From Octopus sinensis (Eukaryota): a stretch of 64,000 nt of DNA. Shown here piece after piece: positions 38,620 to 52,529 of this stretch (position 1 is its first letter; each line of letters starts with the position of its first letter). The notes under the pieces were generated by a model. It was given only the letters and a program-made list of their open reading frames with translations. It was not told the origin of the DNA and did no database searches. Location of the stretch: NCBI RefSeq assembly GCF_006345805.1, contig NC_043000.1, positions 39,060,001 to 39,124,000 of the forward strand, written 5' to 3'. The translations under genes were made by a program, and so were the position numbers.

Positions 38620-39700
38620 TTTACAATGAAGCCCCTAGTTTGACGACAAAATAGTCTCTTTTATATGCTGCTTCCAGTTCCACAGATTGTCAGGAGATAT
38701 CGATGTAAAAGATTTCCCATCTGTTTTTTTTCATTACTTCATTGTCGATGGGTCATGGTGAGCCAACGAGAGGCTCTCCAGATTGTCTCTATATCTGTTA
38801 GCAATATCAGTCCAACAGATGCGGCCATAGACGGGGTAGTTAAGAAGCTCTTTCGTCGACAATCCCTGTCCACTAGCCAACAGAATACTTTGTCTAGATG
38901 TGATTCTTTATTAGGATGAGGAACCCCTCAAAATACAAACAACTGCTTTGGTAGCGACTAGCAATGCTTGCCGGTGTTTAGCAAATATAGTAACTTAATA
39001 AGAAACCCATTTTTTTATTTATCTATTACATATTCGTTTATTTATTTTTACTATTGAATATATGTCTAATATGGGTATAGGTGTGGCTGTAGTATCAGGG
39101 TTCTTTTTCCCCCACAGTGTGGAACATTGTGCAAATGTTTTCTACCATAAGGCTTGTGTAGGCAAAAGCATTGTGAAGGAAATTTGCTGTACAGAAATGG
39201 TGAAGGCCCATCGAAGGAGCATGTATAATTCTTAAGTGTCAGTTACAATTCAATCTTTGATTCGGTACTACTCCTGTCGAGTACGTCGCTGTGTAGTTTT
39301 TCATAAACATCTCGTCTAGGTTTCTAGCTTAGACTTCTTCTCATTTGTTTTTCTTAACCGCCACGCCCCTACGAAACGTTATCAATTCTGTTCTAATCGC
39401 TGATGTTAGGGAGAACTATGATCTGTTGTTGACAATTACCCCCCACCCCTTCAAAATTCGTTCAACTAATTCGCTATTTCGGTCCGCGTAAAATATGCGC
39501 TCTGGAAAAATATGTTCAGTATCCAGTAACCGGATTCCTGCCTGTGAAGTATATCTCGGTCGACCGTACAAACCACAAATTCGCTATCCCTGTCCACTGG
39601 TCTGCAGAATACTTTGTCTATATGTGATCTGCGGTTTGTCCATGTCCACATTGGTGCATGCAGGGAATCCAATGTCTGAGCAGGCTTCTGAGGCATTTGC
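38620..39700 (-). mobile_element. Two related decayed LINE (RTE-like) 3' fragments
   Basis: TCACAT(C/A)TAGACAAAGTATTCTG..AGTGGACAGGGAT is shared by ~38865-38905 and ~39585-39625 (minus strand). Confidence 0.35.
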
Positions 39701-40328
39701 ACCCCACTCTCCTATCGACTAGTGTCACGCAGTCCTAATGTGAATCCAAATGTCTTATTAGCAATAAAGAGAGGATGCTCCGAGGAAAGATTCTGGATGC
39801 CTAAAGAAATCTGGCTACTCTGCCTATGTCGATGCATAGATGGCTACCAATCGGAAAGTATGGTCCTCGTACCAGTCACATTCAGCTCCATAGCCTTACT
39901 TTATGGGTTCCGTATTGTGCGATATAAACGTTTCTGATGCAACACAGCGACTCCGCTTCCCGATTCATCGAAGAGGGCACGAAGGCTCGTGGCATGGAAA
40001 GGTTGGTCTCTCTGATGGCGAACACAACTAATTCTAGTGATCTGAAGTCGTTGCTTCGAGAAGAACATTGACCACGTGCATTTTTGTTATACCTTTTGAG
40101 TAAACTCATGCCGTATGAAAGGCAGAAAGTAAGAAGTGTCACTTATCATATTTCTGTGGAAAAACATGCGTTCTGTTCCTCCGACTAGTCGTGTATGACT
40201 ATGAATTTGCCTTTGTATATGTATATACCTTTGAAATCTATTCCATCAACATTTTTTGTTTCTTACAGTGTATGTGTTTTGTATTGTTTTGATCATTGTG
40301 TGTGTGGTGTGTGTATGTGTGTGTGTGT

Positions 40329-40376
<48 letters not shown>

Positions 40377-40830
40377 AGAGAGAGAGAGAGAGTGTTTTGC
40401 TTTGCTTTTGTTGTATGATGAAGCTGTTTTGTATTGTGTTTTGTGTTGATGTAGGCGTTTCCGAATAACCCGACCACAAGCGCGCATTTGCTTCACCAAC
40501 TAACTACCAGACTCAATGAATTAACACCATCTAAAGTGATCGCGTATCCCACACACATGTACACCCATCCTGGAATTCTCAGTTGATAACAATGACGACA
40601 CGGCGATACGGTTGGACCTTAGCGTTATACGTAGAATCAGTTCGAGATGCTTCCATAAGTTTCTGTGTATTCACATTCACAACTTCACTCCAAAACATGG
40701 ATCGATCCGAATCAATAGAAAATGACATTTGACCAAGAGGCAAAACTGGAATCGAAACCAGGACTGATAACTATGAAACAAAATTCTTAATCATTCAACG
40801 ATACTGCGCTTATTATATATACGCGTGGCT

Positions 40831-41264
40831 GACGGCGGCGAGCTGGCAGACACGTTAGCGCGCCGGGCGAAATGCTAAGCCGTATTTCGTCTGCCGCTAC
40901 GTTCTGAGTTCAAATTCCGCCGAGGTCGACTTTGCCTTAAAGAAGGCGGCGAGCTGGCAGAAACGTTAGCACGCCGGGCGAAATGTTTAGCGGTATTTCG
41001 TCTGCGTTACGTTGTGAGTTCAAATTCCGCCGAGGTCGACTTTGCCTTTCATCCTTTCGGGGTCGATAAATTAAGTACCAGTTACGCACTGGGGTCGATG
41101 TAATCGACTTAATACCTATGTCTGTCCTTGTTTGTCCCCTCTGTGTAGCCCCTTGTGGGTAATAAAGAAATAGGAATTTCGTCTGCCGCTACGTTCTGAG
41201 TTCAAATTCCGCCGAGATCGACTTTGCCTTTCATCCTTTCGGGGTCGATTATATAAGTACCAGT
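40831..41264 (+). mobile_element. SINE-A trimer
   Basis: Head 40831-40938, full unit from 40943 plus tail 2, then a 5'-truncated third unit. Confidence 0.9.
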
Positions 41265-41441
41265 CGGCAAAAATTAAGATTGTTTTAAACAACAATGATA
41301 AATATTTCAAGGTAACTCAATAGAATAAAAAGTGCTGTGGACCATATCAGTTTATACACGTTTGTCATTATAACAGCAAGACCGGAGGGGAAATATTAAC
41401 GAATGCAAATATGCATTGAAGGGGCCCTGAAATTTATTATA

Positions 41442-41654
41442 CTCTTTTACTTGTTCAGTCATTTGACTGCGGCCATGCTGGAGAACCGCCTTTAGTCGAA
41501 TAAATCGGCCCCAGGACTTATTCTTTGTAAGCCTAGCACTTATTCTATCGGACTCTTTTGTCGAACCGCTAAGTTACAAGAACGTAAACACTCCAGCATC
41601 GGTTGTGAAGCGATGTTGGGAGGACAAACACACACACACACGCACGCACGCACA

Positions 41655-41720
<66 letters not shown>

Positions 41721-41850
41721 AACACAACAGGCTTCTTGCAGCTTCCGTCTACCAAATCCACTCACAAAGCTTTGATCGGCCCGAGACTATAGTAGAAGAC
41801 ACTGGCCCAAGGTGTCACGCAGTAGGACTGAACCCGGAACCATGTGGTTA
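41442..41850 (-). mobile_element. SINE-C, near full length, with internal (CA)n(TA)n
   Basis: Head GGTTCCGGGTTCAGTCC, core TGAGTGGATTTGGTAGACGGAA, microsatellite, 3' end CATGGCCGCAGTCAAATGACTGAACAAGTAAAAGAG. Confidence 0.85.
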
Positions 41851-42159
41851 AGCGTATTCAAATGTATCAAATTCAGATATGTGATCCTCACAAGTAGATA
41901 CCATGATGTGCAGATTTAGAATGAGTTACAATAATTTGTTTTTACTCGTTGTATAAACTTTCCCACTCAGCCGCTATTAAAATACAAAAGGGAAATGTTT
42001 TAGTGAAGAGTTCGAACCAGTTCTGCATGGAAAGTATTGGGTTGTCCGGAGAGTTCGTGTCGATTAATAGTAGCTTGCTCTATATAACGGTTCTTTTTTT
42101 TTCCACACTTTCTTTCATTCCTTCTTTCTTTTATATACACGCATACAAAAACATGCGTA

Positions 42160-42265
42160 TGCAGACAGACATACACAGACACATACACACACAAACACAC
42201 ACACATACACACACTCACATAAACAAATAAAAACACACACAATTATATATATGTATGCATATATA

Positions 42266-42303
<38 letters not shown>

Positions 42304-42368
42304 CGCATATATATATATGTATATATATATATGTATATATGTATTTGCATATATATATGTATATATAT

Positions 42369-42427
<59 letters not shown>

Positions 42428-42492
42428 TATAGATAGATAGATGGATGGATGGATAGATAGATAGATAAATAGACAGATAGATAGATAGATAA

Positions 42493-42543
<51 letters not shown>

Positions 42544-42612
42544 TACAGATATAGTTATAGATATAAATATACATATATATGCATCTATATATGTATGTAT
42601 ATAAATGTATGC

Positions 42613-42651
<39 letters not shown>

Positions 42652-42751
42652 TATGCATGTGTATGTGGGTGTGTGTGTATGTGCAAAGATACAAACTAAG
42701 AAAAAGGCAAAGAGTTACACACACACACACACACTCTCTCTCTCTCTCCCT

Positions 42752-42793
<42 letters not shown>

Positions 42794-43157
42794 GTCTCCT
42801 ATACAGACATATCTAGATAAATATAGACACACAGCTACGTGCCCAGAAAACCCTTTTATGCTTTAAAGTGTTGGAGTAATAAGCAATTAAGTTTATTTCG
42901 GAGGAAATACAAAAATAATTTTGTCGAGACGCAAAGCCAAACGCTGAAGTACTAAAGGAAGTCATCTTTTATTCACTTGCCTTGCTTCATCTACGGATAT
43001 AGTCTAATATATACACACATACATATATACATACATACATACATACATACATATAACATAGATATATATATATACATACATACATATATATATATATATT
43101 ATATATATATATGTATATATACATACACACATATATATATATGTATATATATATATG

Positions 43158-43218
<61 letters not shown>

Positions 43219-43316
43219 CATGTATATATATATGTATATATATACATATATATTTATACACATGTATACATGTGTGTATATATACGCATGTATATATGTA
43301 TATATATATATATGCA

Positions 43317-43351
<35 letters not shown>

Positions 43352-43824
43352 TTATATATATATATATATGTATATATATATACATTTATACATATTTGTG
43401 TTTATATATATATTTATGTAAATATGTGTGTGCGGATGTGTCTATATGTGTGTGTGTGTTGTCTGGGTACACATACGTATGTGTACATATGTCCCAGTGC
43501 GTGTGCATGTTTCCATGTGTGTGCGAGTAGGGTTTTTGTCTGTGTGTTTTCCTGTGCCTGCGGGTGCCCCAGAATCTGTGCATGCGTATATGTACATATA
43601 TTTCCACTAATACATCGAATCACATTTTGGACACACGCTTTACTTATATACATCCAGATTAACTTTCCTGATTGTTGATGCCGTTCCATAGATAGGCTAT
43701 GATGAGTTATTCATGCACTTAGCTATGAGTCCACCGCATCTTATAGTAGAAACAGCTGTGAGCTAATGAAGTTCTTAAGATAATCATTTGTTCCTTTGTC
43801 ATAAAATAAATAATTAAATAAATA

Positions 43825-43873
<49 letters not shown>

Positions 43874-44122
43874 TATCCATGTATAGATAAATAGATAAAT
43901 AAATGGAACACAAATTAAGGAGGGCACAAAGATAAACCTAATATAGTAAGTATAAGTGGATACGCCGGAATGCACCCACATGCACATACATGTACATGCA
44001 CGCCCCCGCACGGTCACGCGAATTCATGGCTGGGCCCACACGCACACACGATCACCGAGATGTACACCAGAACACGCGTTCCATTTTATTTATCTATTAT
44101 CTATACATGGATATATATGTAT

Positions 44123-44184
<62 letters not shown>

Positions 44185-44185
44185 C

Positions 44186-44268
<83 letters not shown>

Positions 44269-44290
44269 TATATGTTTATATTTATTTATT
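42160..44290. repeat. Mosaic (TA)n/(GATA)n/(CA)n/(TATG)n block
   Basis: Seen directly. Confidence 0.9.
43695..43764 (+). ncRNA. Degenerate hammerhead, ACAGCUGU family
   Basis: GGCU AUGAUGA GUUAU...AUAGU A GAAAC AGCU GUG AGCU; sister of 55291-55371; core C3 and the cleavage triplet are mutated. Confidence 0.55.
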
Positions 44291-45448
44291 TAATTATTAT
44301 TTTTGTTTATTTGGCACTTACTAACTTATAATCAATTTAATTTAATTTATAATTAATGAACTTATATCTAAGTTAATAGTAACTTCTGTTTACTTTTTGT
44401 GTATGTATATATAGGTCTTTGGATAGGCAGATATATATTTTAATTTATGATTTAGTGGATGTGTGTGGAGGTGTCGAGGTGTGTGAAAATGTGTATGTGT
44501 ACGTATGTATGTTTTTGTACGTATGTATGTTTTTGTACGTATAGGTATGTTCGTGGGTGGATGTACGGATGTATGTTTTTCTTATACATATGAGTACGCA
44601 GGTGCGTATTTAGATATGTATATATGTATATGCAAATATTTATTCATGGGTGGATATAAGTATAGGTTTTATTTGTACGTATGAGTGCGCAGACATATAT
44701 TTAAATATGTATATATGCGTGTGCGAATGTTCCCTGATACAGTATATGAGAGTGTATTAATATTTATGAGTATATGTGGATGTGCGTGTGAGTGTTTGTG
44801 TTAGTGTATAGACACTGCTGCCTGTACTGATTTGTCTATAAGTCATGCGATGACAGACATGCACTCTGCAATCTAGTGAATGTGTAGAGATGTGTCGGGA
44901 TGTATTCATGTGTGTGTGCATGTGTGTGTGGGTTTTTATGTGGACGTGTAGGTTTAGGGTTGGATGTGGATGTGTATGTCTTTCTTGTGCGGTGTGGTGG
45001 AGGTCGGGAGACTCTCAACGGACCAACCATGATGAAGACAATAATAATTCAAATTCAAATCCAATAGTGTATTTATGTCATAAGGAAAATTACTAACTGG
45101 AACCCAGACATACATATGTGCCACTTCGGATCCTAATGTAAGCGTTATTAATAATATTATGAATGATAATAATGGTAGCATTAATGGTATTGACAACGAT
45201 AATGATGCTAACTTTAATGATACTTTGGAAATTAGTAGGAAGTAATATAATGTACTATTGACTATGTATATTTGCATCAAGGTACTAATATGTGTATGTT
45301 TATTATCACAATATTAAGTTGAAGAACTGAAACATTGAATATGGAACGTATATATGTTTACTAATTTATATTATTTATTTACATTATTATGTATATGTAT
45401 ATTTTTATATGTATAGGAGTGTGAGTATATGCACTCATATGTATATGT

Positions 45449-45579
45449 ATATCTCCGAGGAGGCCTTATGATATTTTTGTAAATGTCTCATTTATATCTA
45501 TATATTGACCTACCATAAAAGGCTAATATTGGTAAAATGAGACATACTTATCTACATGGCCGAAACAGCTGTAAGATGT
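45449..45579 (+). ncRNA. Type I hammerhead with variant CCGAGGA core and ~100-nt stem II
   Basis: Stem I AUAUCU/AGAUGU (6 pairs), CCGAGGA 45455-45461, GGCC/GGCC, inner perfect 11-bp helix 45483-45493/45535-45545, GAAAC-AGCU-GUA; predicted cut after 45573. Confidence 0.75.
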
Positions 45580-45852
45580 AATCTCTACTTATATTTATAT
45601 TTACTTATATGTATATTCTCTTTTTTACATATATTCTACTTATTATACAACATTACTCTTTTATGTACACTTTTTAATGTACATTCCTTTATGTACACTG
45701 ATTTGTTCTGCTTTTTTATGTTTAACCCTACAGTCTCTTATGTGGTGGTTTAATAAAGTATGTGATTGAGTATTATTTTACCAATATCTGGTAATTGATA
45801 TTTGATTTAGATGTATTTCTCCATTTTCTTATCTTGTATATATATATATATA

Positions 45853-45892
<40 letters not shown>

Positions 45893-45924
45893 TATATATA
45901 TATATTATATATATATACATATAT

Positions 45925-46545
45925 ATATACATAAAGCCTTGTGAGTGGATTTGGTAGATGGAAACTGAAAGAAGCCCGTCATAATATGATTAGCGGTGTT
46001 TCGTCTGTCTTTACGATCTGAGTTCAAATTCCGCCGAAGTCGACCTTGCCTTTCATCCTTTCAGGGTCGACAAGTTGAGTACTGGGGTCGATATAATCGA
46101 CTTAACCCCTTCCCCAAAATTTCACGCCTTGTGCCCCTAGTAAAAATGATTTTTAAAGCGGTTTGCAAGCTAACATGATTGCTAGCGCGCTGGACAAATG
46201 CTTAGCGGCATTTTATCCTGTTAAATGTTCAAATTCCACCGAGATAGACTATGCCATTCATTCTCTCGGAGGCGATGAAACAAGTTCCAATGAATCACTA
46301 GGAACGACTTACTCCCTCCCTCAGATCATATGCCTGTAGTCGAAAAGATTATTAAAGCGCTGAATTAACAGGATCATAAGTGTGTCGAACAAAATGCTTA
46401 GCGGCTTTTCTTCCGGGCCTTTAAATTATGAGTTCAAATTCCGCCGAGGTTGACTTCACTGTTCTTCCTTTCTAGATCAGTAAAAGAAGCACTAAGTTGA
46501 TTTCTGAGGTCGAAATTTATTGACTTTGTTCCAAAATTTGAAGCC
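45925..46545 (+). mobile_element. SINE-C core fused to three successive degenerate SINE-A copies
   Basis: GCCTTGTGAGTGGATTTGGTAGATGG, then repeated TTCAAATTCC(G/A)CCGA units. Confidence 0.65.
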
Positions 46546-48299
46546 ATCAGCCAGGAATGAAGAATTGTAAATTATATTCTGGCGAGATTTGAACTCACTA
46601 CCTTGTAGGTTGTAACTAAATACTGCAGACCAGTTTGCTCGGTTTTACAACTTGAACTGTTTATTTTACCCATAATTCAATGTTAACTGTTGATGTGAAG
46701 TATTTGTCTTTGGGCAATCTCCTCATCAATAAAGGAAGTACCTGAGTCTCATCGACGACCAGGGTTCAGGTGCTCGATCAACTGGATTATCTTCTCATAG
46801 ATTTAACGAACAAATGTCTGAGCATTCCACAAACATATTTACCATGAAATGAATTCTGTGGTAGAACGGGCACGTATGACAAGGCTAGACATTTGAATTA
46901 CAAGAAACCATTTCAAAGGTTTCCGAGCAGTCCTTATCAACCCATTTCCACTACCAAAGCTTGGGTAGTCTCAAGGTAATAGCAAAAGCATGTCCCGCAT
47001 TGCCATGCAGTGGGAGAGAACCCAGATCCTCGTGATTACGAAGTGAACGTTTATTACCATTAGGCCATACTTCAGCTACACCCCACCAGTTGTGGTCCGT
47101 TAGGAGCAAAGATTATTTTGCCGGTTCAGTCCATCAGACGCTGAGTAGCTAAGATGTATACACTAGGTTTAGTTTAGTAACATGTCGTACTAAATTCTAG
47201 GCATTGAACTATTGCAGAGGAACCATAGCAGAACATCTTCTTAGCACCGAAGTCTTTAAAATGAAATAAGTTTAAACTTTAAAATCGTTCTTCCTGTAAG
47301 GTATTATCTTAATGTATTTAAAGGCGGTGAGCCGGCAGAATTATTAGCACACCGGACGAAATGCTTTGTCGCCCGTCGCTACGTTCTGAGTTGAAATTCC
47401 GTTGAGGTCGACTTTGCCTTTCATCCGTTCGGTGTCGATTAAATAAGTACCATTTGAATACCTCCCCCAAACTGAACTTGTGGCAAAAATTTTAAATAAT
47501 TATCTTGATGTATTTAAAAGAAAATAGAAGTGGCTACGTTCACGGGGCACAAGAACTGTGTGCGAAGCAGTTCCAGTTGGTTTTGAAGGCGTTGCAATGT
47601 GCATGGTTTGGTCATTGGTTTGTTGATCAAATTGAAGTTGTCAAAAGGAAAGATTCTTCCCGTCAAAGTTAATCATTGGTGATCCTTTCTATCATAGGCA
47701 CAAGTCCTGGAATTTTGAAGGAAGATGTTAGACCACTACCACAACCTCAGAATTCAATTAGTACCTATTTCACTGACGCCGAAAGGCTGTGGTAGTAGTA
47801 ATGCACATAACCGTGATAGAGTGTGTGGGATAGGATCGGCACCAGTGTGCTCAGGAGTCGGATGTTCATGTCTGTTCCGCGGCATTGTGTTTCGTTGCAC
47901 TTTCGCAGCATCGTTAATCACTGGAAATAAAAACTATTTACCTTTAAAAAAATAATAATTATGCAAGGGAAATAACTCTTCTCTTTAGAGAGTAACGTCC
48001 CTTTAAGCTTTCCGTATACTATTACTATTTTGTCAGTCTTAATGCTTTGGTGATAAATTTTTTGCCGCGAATTTTTAAAGAATTTTCTACCGCCACAAAA
48101 GTCTTGTTTATTCCCCTGTATCTATCTCTACCATTTCACTTCATTAATTTAACTAATGGTCTTGAACCTAATTTGAACTAATAAATCAGAAACTAACTTC
48201 ATTTATTAAATAACCCTTGGTACTAAAATTCCCGGTTACTCACTGGACTTTAGTAATATCTTTAATCTTTTCTACTCTGCGTACGCATAAGGTTCTTAG

Positions 48300-48605
48300 T
48301 TTATCGACCCCGAAAGGATGAAAGACAAAGTCGACCTCGGCGGAATTTGAACTCAGAACGTAACGGCAGACGAAATACCTATTTCTTTACTACCCACAAA
48401 AGGCTAAACACAGGGAGGACAAACGAGGACAGACAAACAAGTCGATTACATAGACCCCAGTGCGTAACTGGTACTTATTTAATCGACACCGAAAGGATGA
48501 AAGGCAAAGTCGACCTCGGCGGAATTTCAACTCAGAACGTAGCGGTAGGCGAAATACCACTAAGCACTTCGGCCAGTGTGCTAACGGTTCTGCCAGCTCG
48601 CCGCC
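48300..48605 (-). mobile_element. SINE-A dimer
   Basis: Reverse complement of the arrangement at 23004-23410. Confidence 0.88.
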
Positions 48606-49166
48606 ATATACGGAGTTTTTTTTTTAATAAGCGAAATATTCCGTAATTTGGTATCCTATTTAACCAGCGGAGGGCAGTGTCTGTTACATTTTAACGATCT
48701 CTCTGTCGCACGCGCGCACACTCACACACAAGAAATTTATTATATTGGTACTCATGAAGATGTGGTGCATGTATTTGAATATGACAGGGAAGAGTAATTA
48801 AGTTCAATATATGGTTTTCAATGTGTAATAAAAGTTAATTATACTAGATATGACAATAATATATATAGAGAGAGAGAGAGAAAGAGGGAGGGAGGAAGGG
48901 AGGAAGAGTTTACTACAATGCTGGAAACTAGAAAGTTGAGCTCGGCAAAATTTGAACTCAAAAGACTTAGACATACGAAATACCGCTAAACAGTTTACCC
49001 GACGTCCTAACGATTCTGCCAGCTCTCCGTCTGTATTATTAGTAAGACCTATAAGATGTAGTAGTCGCAGCCATAGCCGAAGCCATAGTAATAGTAGTAG
49101 TAGTAGTAGTAGTAGTAGTATAGTAGTAGTAGTAGTAGTAGTAGTAGTAGCAGCAGCAGCAGCAGC

Positions 49167-49223
<57 letters not shown>

Positions 49224-49792
49224 CAGCTCCAGCAGCAGCAGTAGTAGTAGTAAGTAAAGCTAATCATGATAGAGGGGAGGATAGGATCGGCAACAGTGTG
49301 CCGCGGGGTCGGGTGTTCATGTCAGTTCTGTGCCCTTGTAGTTCGTTGATACTTAAGGCATTTTGTTACTTCACTGCCACAAACTATTTGGATGAAAATA
49401 TATTTACGCCAAATAGACAGAACATCTTAACACTGCAATCGAGAGGCAGCGCTCTAACCTTGACGAGTATTTCATTGTTTGTAGGCCAGGTTTGTGTTTT
49501 TGTGTTGGTCTGGAGATGGCCAGCTTTGGACTAAAGGAAATCTCAGAAAAAAATTGTCGCTATTTCACCAGTGGATCTAGGTCCTGACTGTAACAACAGA
49601 GTGCATCTGGTAGGGGCAGGGTCCTATTGTAGAAACTTTATTGAGGATATCAGGTACACCTCACCCTTAATGAAAGATATAACTTCACAAGGATGTAGGA
49701 ATTTCACACCTATGAATGTTAATAATCTTGTTGTATCTTGGGAAAGTCATTATATCAATGATAAACACACGCCCCATTTCTACTACATCTCT

Positions 49793-49902
<110 letters not shown>

Positions 49903-49903
49903 C

Positions 49904-51913
49904 ATTCAGTAGTTTTATTTTTATAACGTGCTTTCACTTCACTACCGAGCGCAGCTCTGTGTGCCTTGGATATGTGCTGTGATTTGTGGTGATGCTCTGA
50001 TGGTTACTGTATTGAAAGTGTTCTGCGTAGGATGTGTGCAGTGCCTAGTAGTGCAATTTTCTGTATGTTATATGTGTTTGTAAGTCCTGGTGTTTTTGTT
50101 ATGTATTTGTCTGAATATTTTTTGTCATACCTAATGCACCTACTATGATAGGAATTGTTTCTGTTTTTAGATTCCACATTCTGGTTACCTCTATTTCCAG
50201 GTCTTTGTATTTTGAAAGTTTCTCCATTTCTTTTAGAAAAACGTTGTCATCTGCTGGTATTGGTACATCAATTAGAAAGCATTATTTTTTCTTCATGATC
50301 TCTGACAACTATATTTGGTCTGTTGACCTTAATTTCTCTATCTGTGTGTATCGGCATATCCCAGAGTATGGTTGCTTTCTCGTTTTCTGTGACCTTTTCT
50401 GGTGTGTACCTATACCATCTTTTTTCTGTTGTTATTCCATAAGGTTGGCATAGCTTCCAGTGTATGTAGTTCCCCACTCTGTCGTGTCTGTGAATATATT
50501 CCTTCGTAGCCAGGACTGGGCAGCCAGAGATAATATGATTTATTGTTTCTTGTCCATCTCCACATATTCTGCAGTTACTTGTTATATTTCTTTTCAATAC
50601 ATGTTTTTGGTAATTTCTGGTGGGGAGGCTTTGGTCTTGTGCTGCAATTAAAAATCCCTCTGTCTCTGCTTTGAGTCCTGAGCTTCTCAACCATTGCTGG
50701 GATTTTTATTTGTCTATTTCTTTTGCATTTAGTTTAGTCCAGTACTTGCCATGAAGGGGCTTTTCTTGGCATCACTTTATCATGGTCCGTTGCTGTTCTA
50801 GTTTTAGTCTTGATTTCATTTGCTTTATAGCTTTTGTGTGTTTTCTTCTTCTTCTTCTTCTTCTTCTTCTTCTTCTTCTTCTTCTTCTTCTTCTTCTTCT
50901 TCTTCTTCTTCTTCTTCTTCTTCTTCTTCTTCTTCTTCTCTTCTTCTTCTTCTTCTTCTTCTTCATATTTGTTAGATGGTATGATTTCTTGTTTGTATTT
51001 GTCGGCTTCCTTAAATACTGAGAACAATTTTTTGTTTTGCTCGTGTTTTGTCGCTATTTGTATCAGTTTTCCTTGCTTCTGAAGTTGGTATTTTTGCAGT
51101 CCTATGGTGGTTATTTTATAGTAGTTTCCAGCTGTATAAGGCCTCTACCACCTCCTATACGTTGTATATATAGCCTTTTCCTATCTATTTTGGTTAGTTC
51201 ATTTAGCGTCCAGTTAAGGATATTGTAGCTGTAACTTATAACTGGGACAGCTAAAGTGTTAATACCTATTATCTTGTTTTTAGCATTGAGCTCTGTTTTT
51301 AGTATTGATCTAACTCGTCTGTAGTATTCTTTCTTTATTTTCTCTTTCATTTGTGTGTGTTGTGTCTTATCTAGTTCATGGATTCCTAAATATTTGTAAG
51401 TTGGGCTTTGGTCTAATTCTCTTATTTCATTGGTTTTATCTAGTGTGATGTTGCTGCTCTTAACTAGTTTTCTTCCTTTCAGGGTTACTTTGGCGCATTT
51501 TTCTAATCCAAATTTCATATATATTTCTTTGGGGAATCCATGAACTATCTTTAGTAGTGTTTCCGGTTGTTTGTCATTTGTAGCATATAGTTTTAGGTCA
51601 TCCATATATAAAAGGTGGCTGATCGTTTTGCCGTAACATTTATATCGGCATCCAGTTCTATTTAGCATATCAGATAGAGGTGACAGTGCCAAGCAGAAAA
51701 GGAGTGGAGAGAGCATGTCTCCCTGGAATATTCCTCTTCTAATGGGGATGGCTTTGGTTTTCACGAGTCCCTCTTTTGTTTGGAGGTGTAGCACTGTCTG
51801 AAATTTATTCAAAAATTGTCCTATGTACTTTATAATTGTTGGTGCTACTTTGTTAATGGCTAGTGTTTCGAGGATCCATGTATGGGGGATGCTATCAAAC
51901 GCCTTTCTGTAGT
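49904..51913 (-). mobile_element. R4/Dong-type RLE retrotransposon, 5'-truncated, complete 3' end, TAA tracts on both sides
   Basis: GIFQGDMLSPLLF, LYMDDLKL, CRICGDGQETINHIISGC..HRHD, RPNIVV; sister of 3688-5837; (TTA)n at 49857-49901 and 51912-52010. Confidence 0.95.
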
Positions 51914-51936
51914 TATTATTATTATTATTATCATCA

Positions 51937-52011
<75 letters not shown>

Positions 52012-52012
52012 G

Positions 52013-52225
52013 ATTACCTCTGCCTTAGCGAAGGTGGATGTATTGTTTTACAGTCGTGTTTGTTTGTTTGTCCGTGGACAAGATATCACAAGACCTGCTG
52101 GATGGATACGGTTGAAACTTTCAAGGATATTTGGCCTTGTGTCTGGCACGAACTGATTAGATTTTCGGATCGATCTGGTACCGGACAAGGATTCTGGATT
52201 ATTTGTTATATTTACTTTACATGAA
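52013..52225 (+). mobile_element. Helentron/DINE-like non-autonomous element start
   Basis: ATTACCTCTGCC..GAAGGTGGATGTATTGTTT, GTTT repeats, GGTTGAAACTTT layout typical of HINE/DINE-type elements. Confidence 0.4.
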
Positions 52226-52529
52226 GTATTACGATCTTACATTGACTTTCGAGACTTTCTCTGTTTATCTCCCTTGAAAGCGCGCCCATGCTTTCAACGT
52301 AAGTTATGGCAGCGTTACTGTTTCCAAACCTTTATTTTCGTTTCTCTATTTTACTCGCGTCTCTATCTTCGTAGAAACTGATGGATAAAGAAATCAAACT
52401 ACATAAACACACGGCAGCAAAACCGCTCAGAAATTAAATAACACTAACATATTCAGTAACAATAATAAATTTCTTTCATCCTCAACAACTTTTAGTTTTT
52501 CCAATTTTGTATAAATTGCTCCTGTTTAA

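Noticed and set aside
40831-41264. CRISPR-like repeat-spacer look of SINE-A arrays
   Set aside because: Units are long tRNA-derived SINE pieces, the spacers are identical tails, the context is eukaryotic and there are no cas genes.
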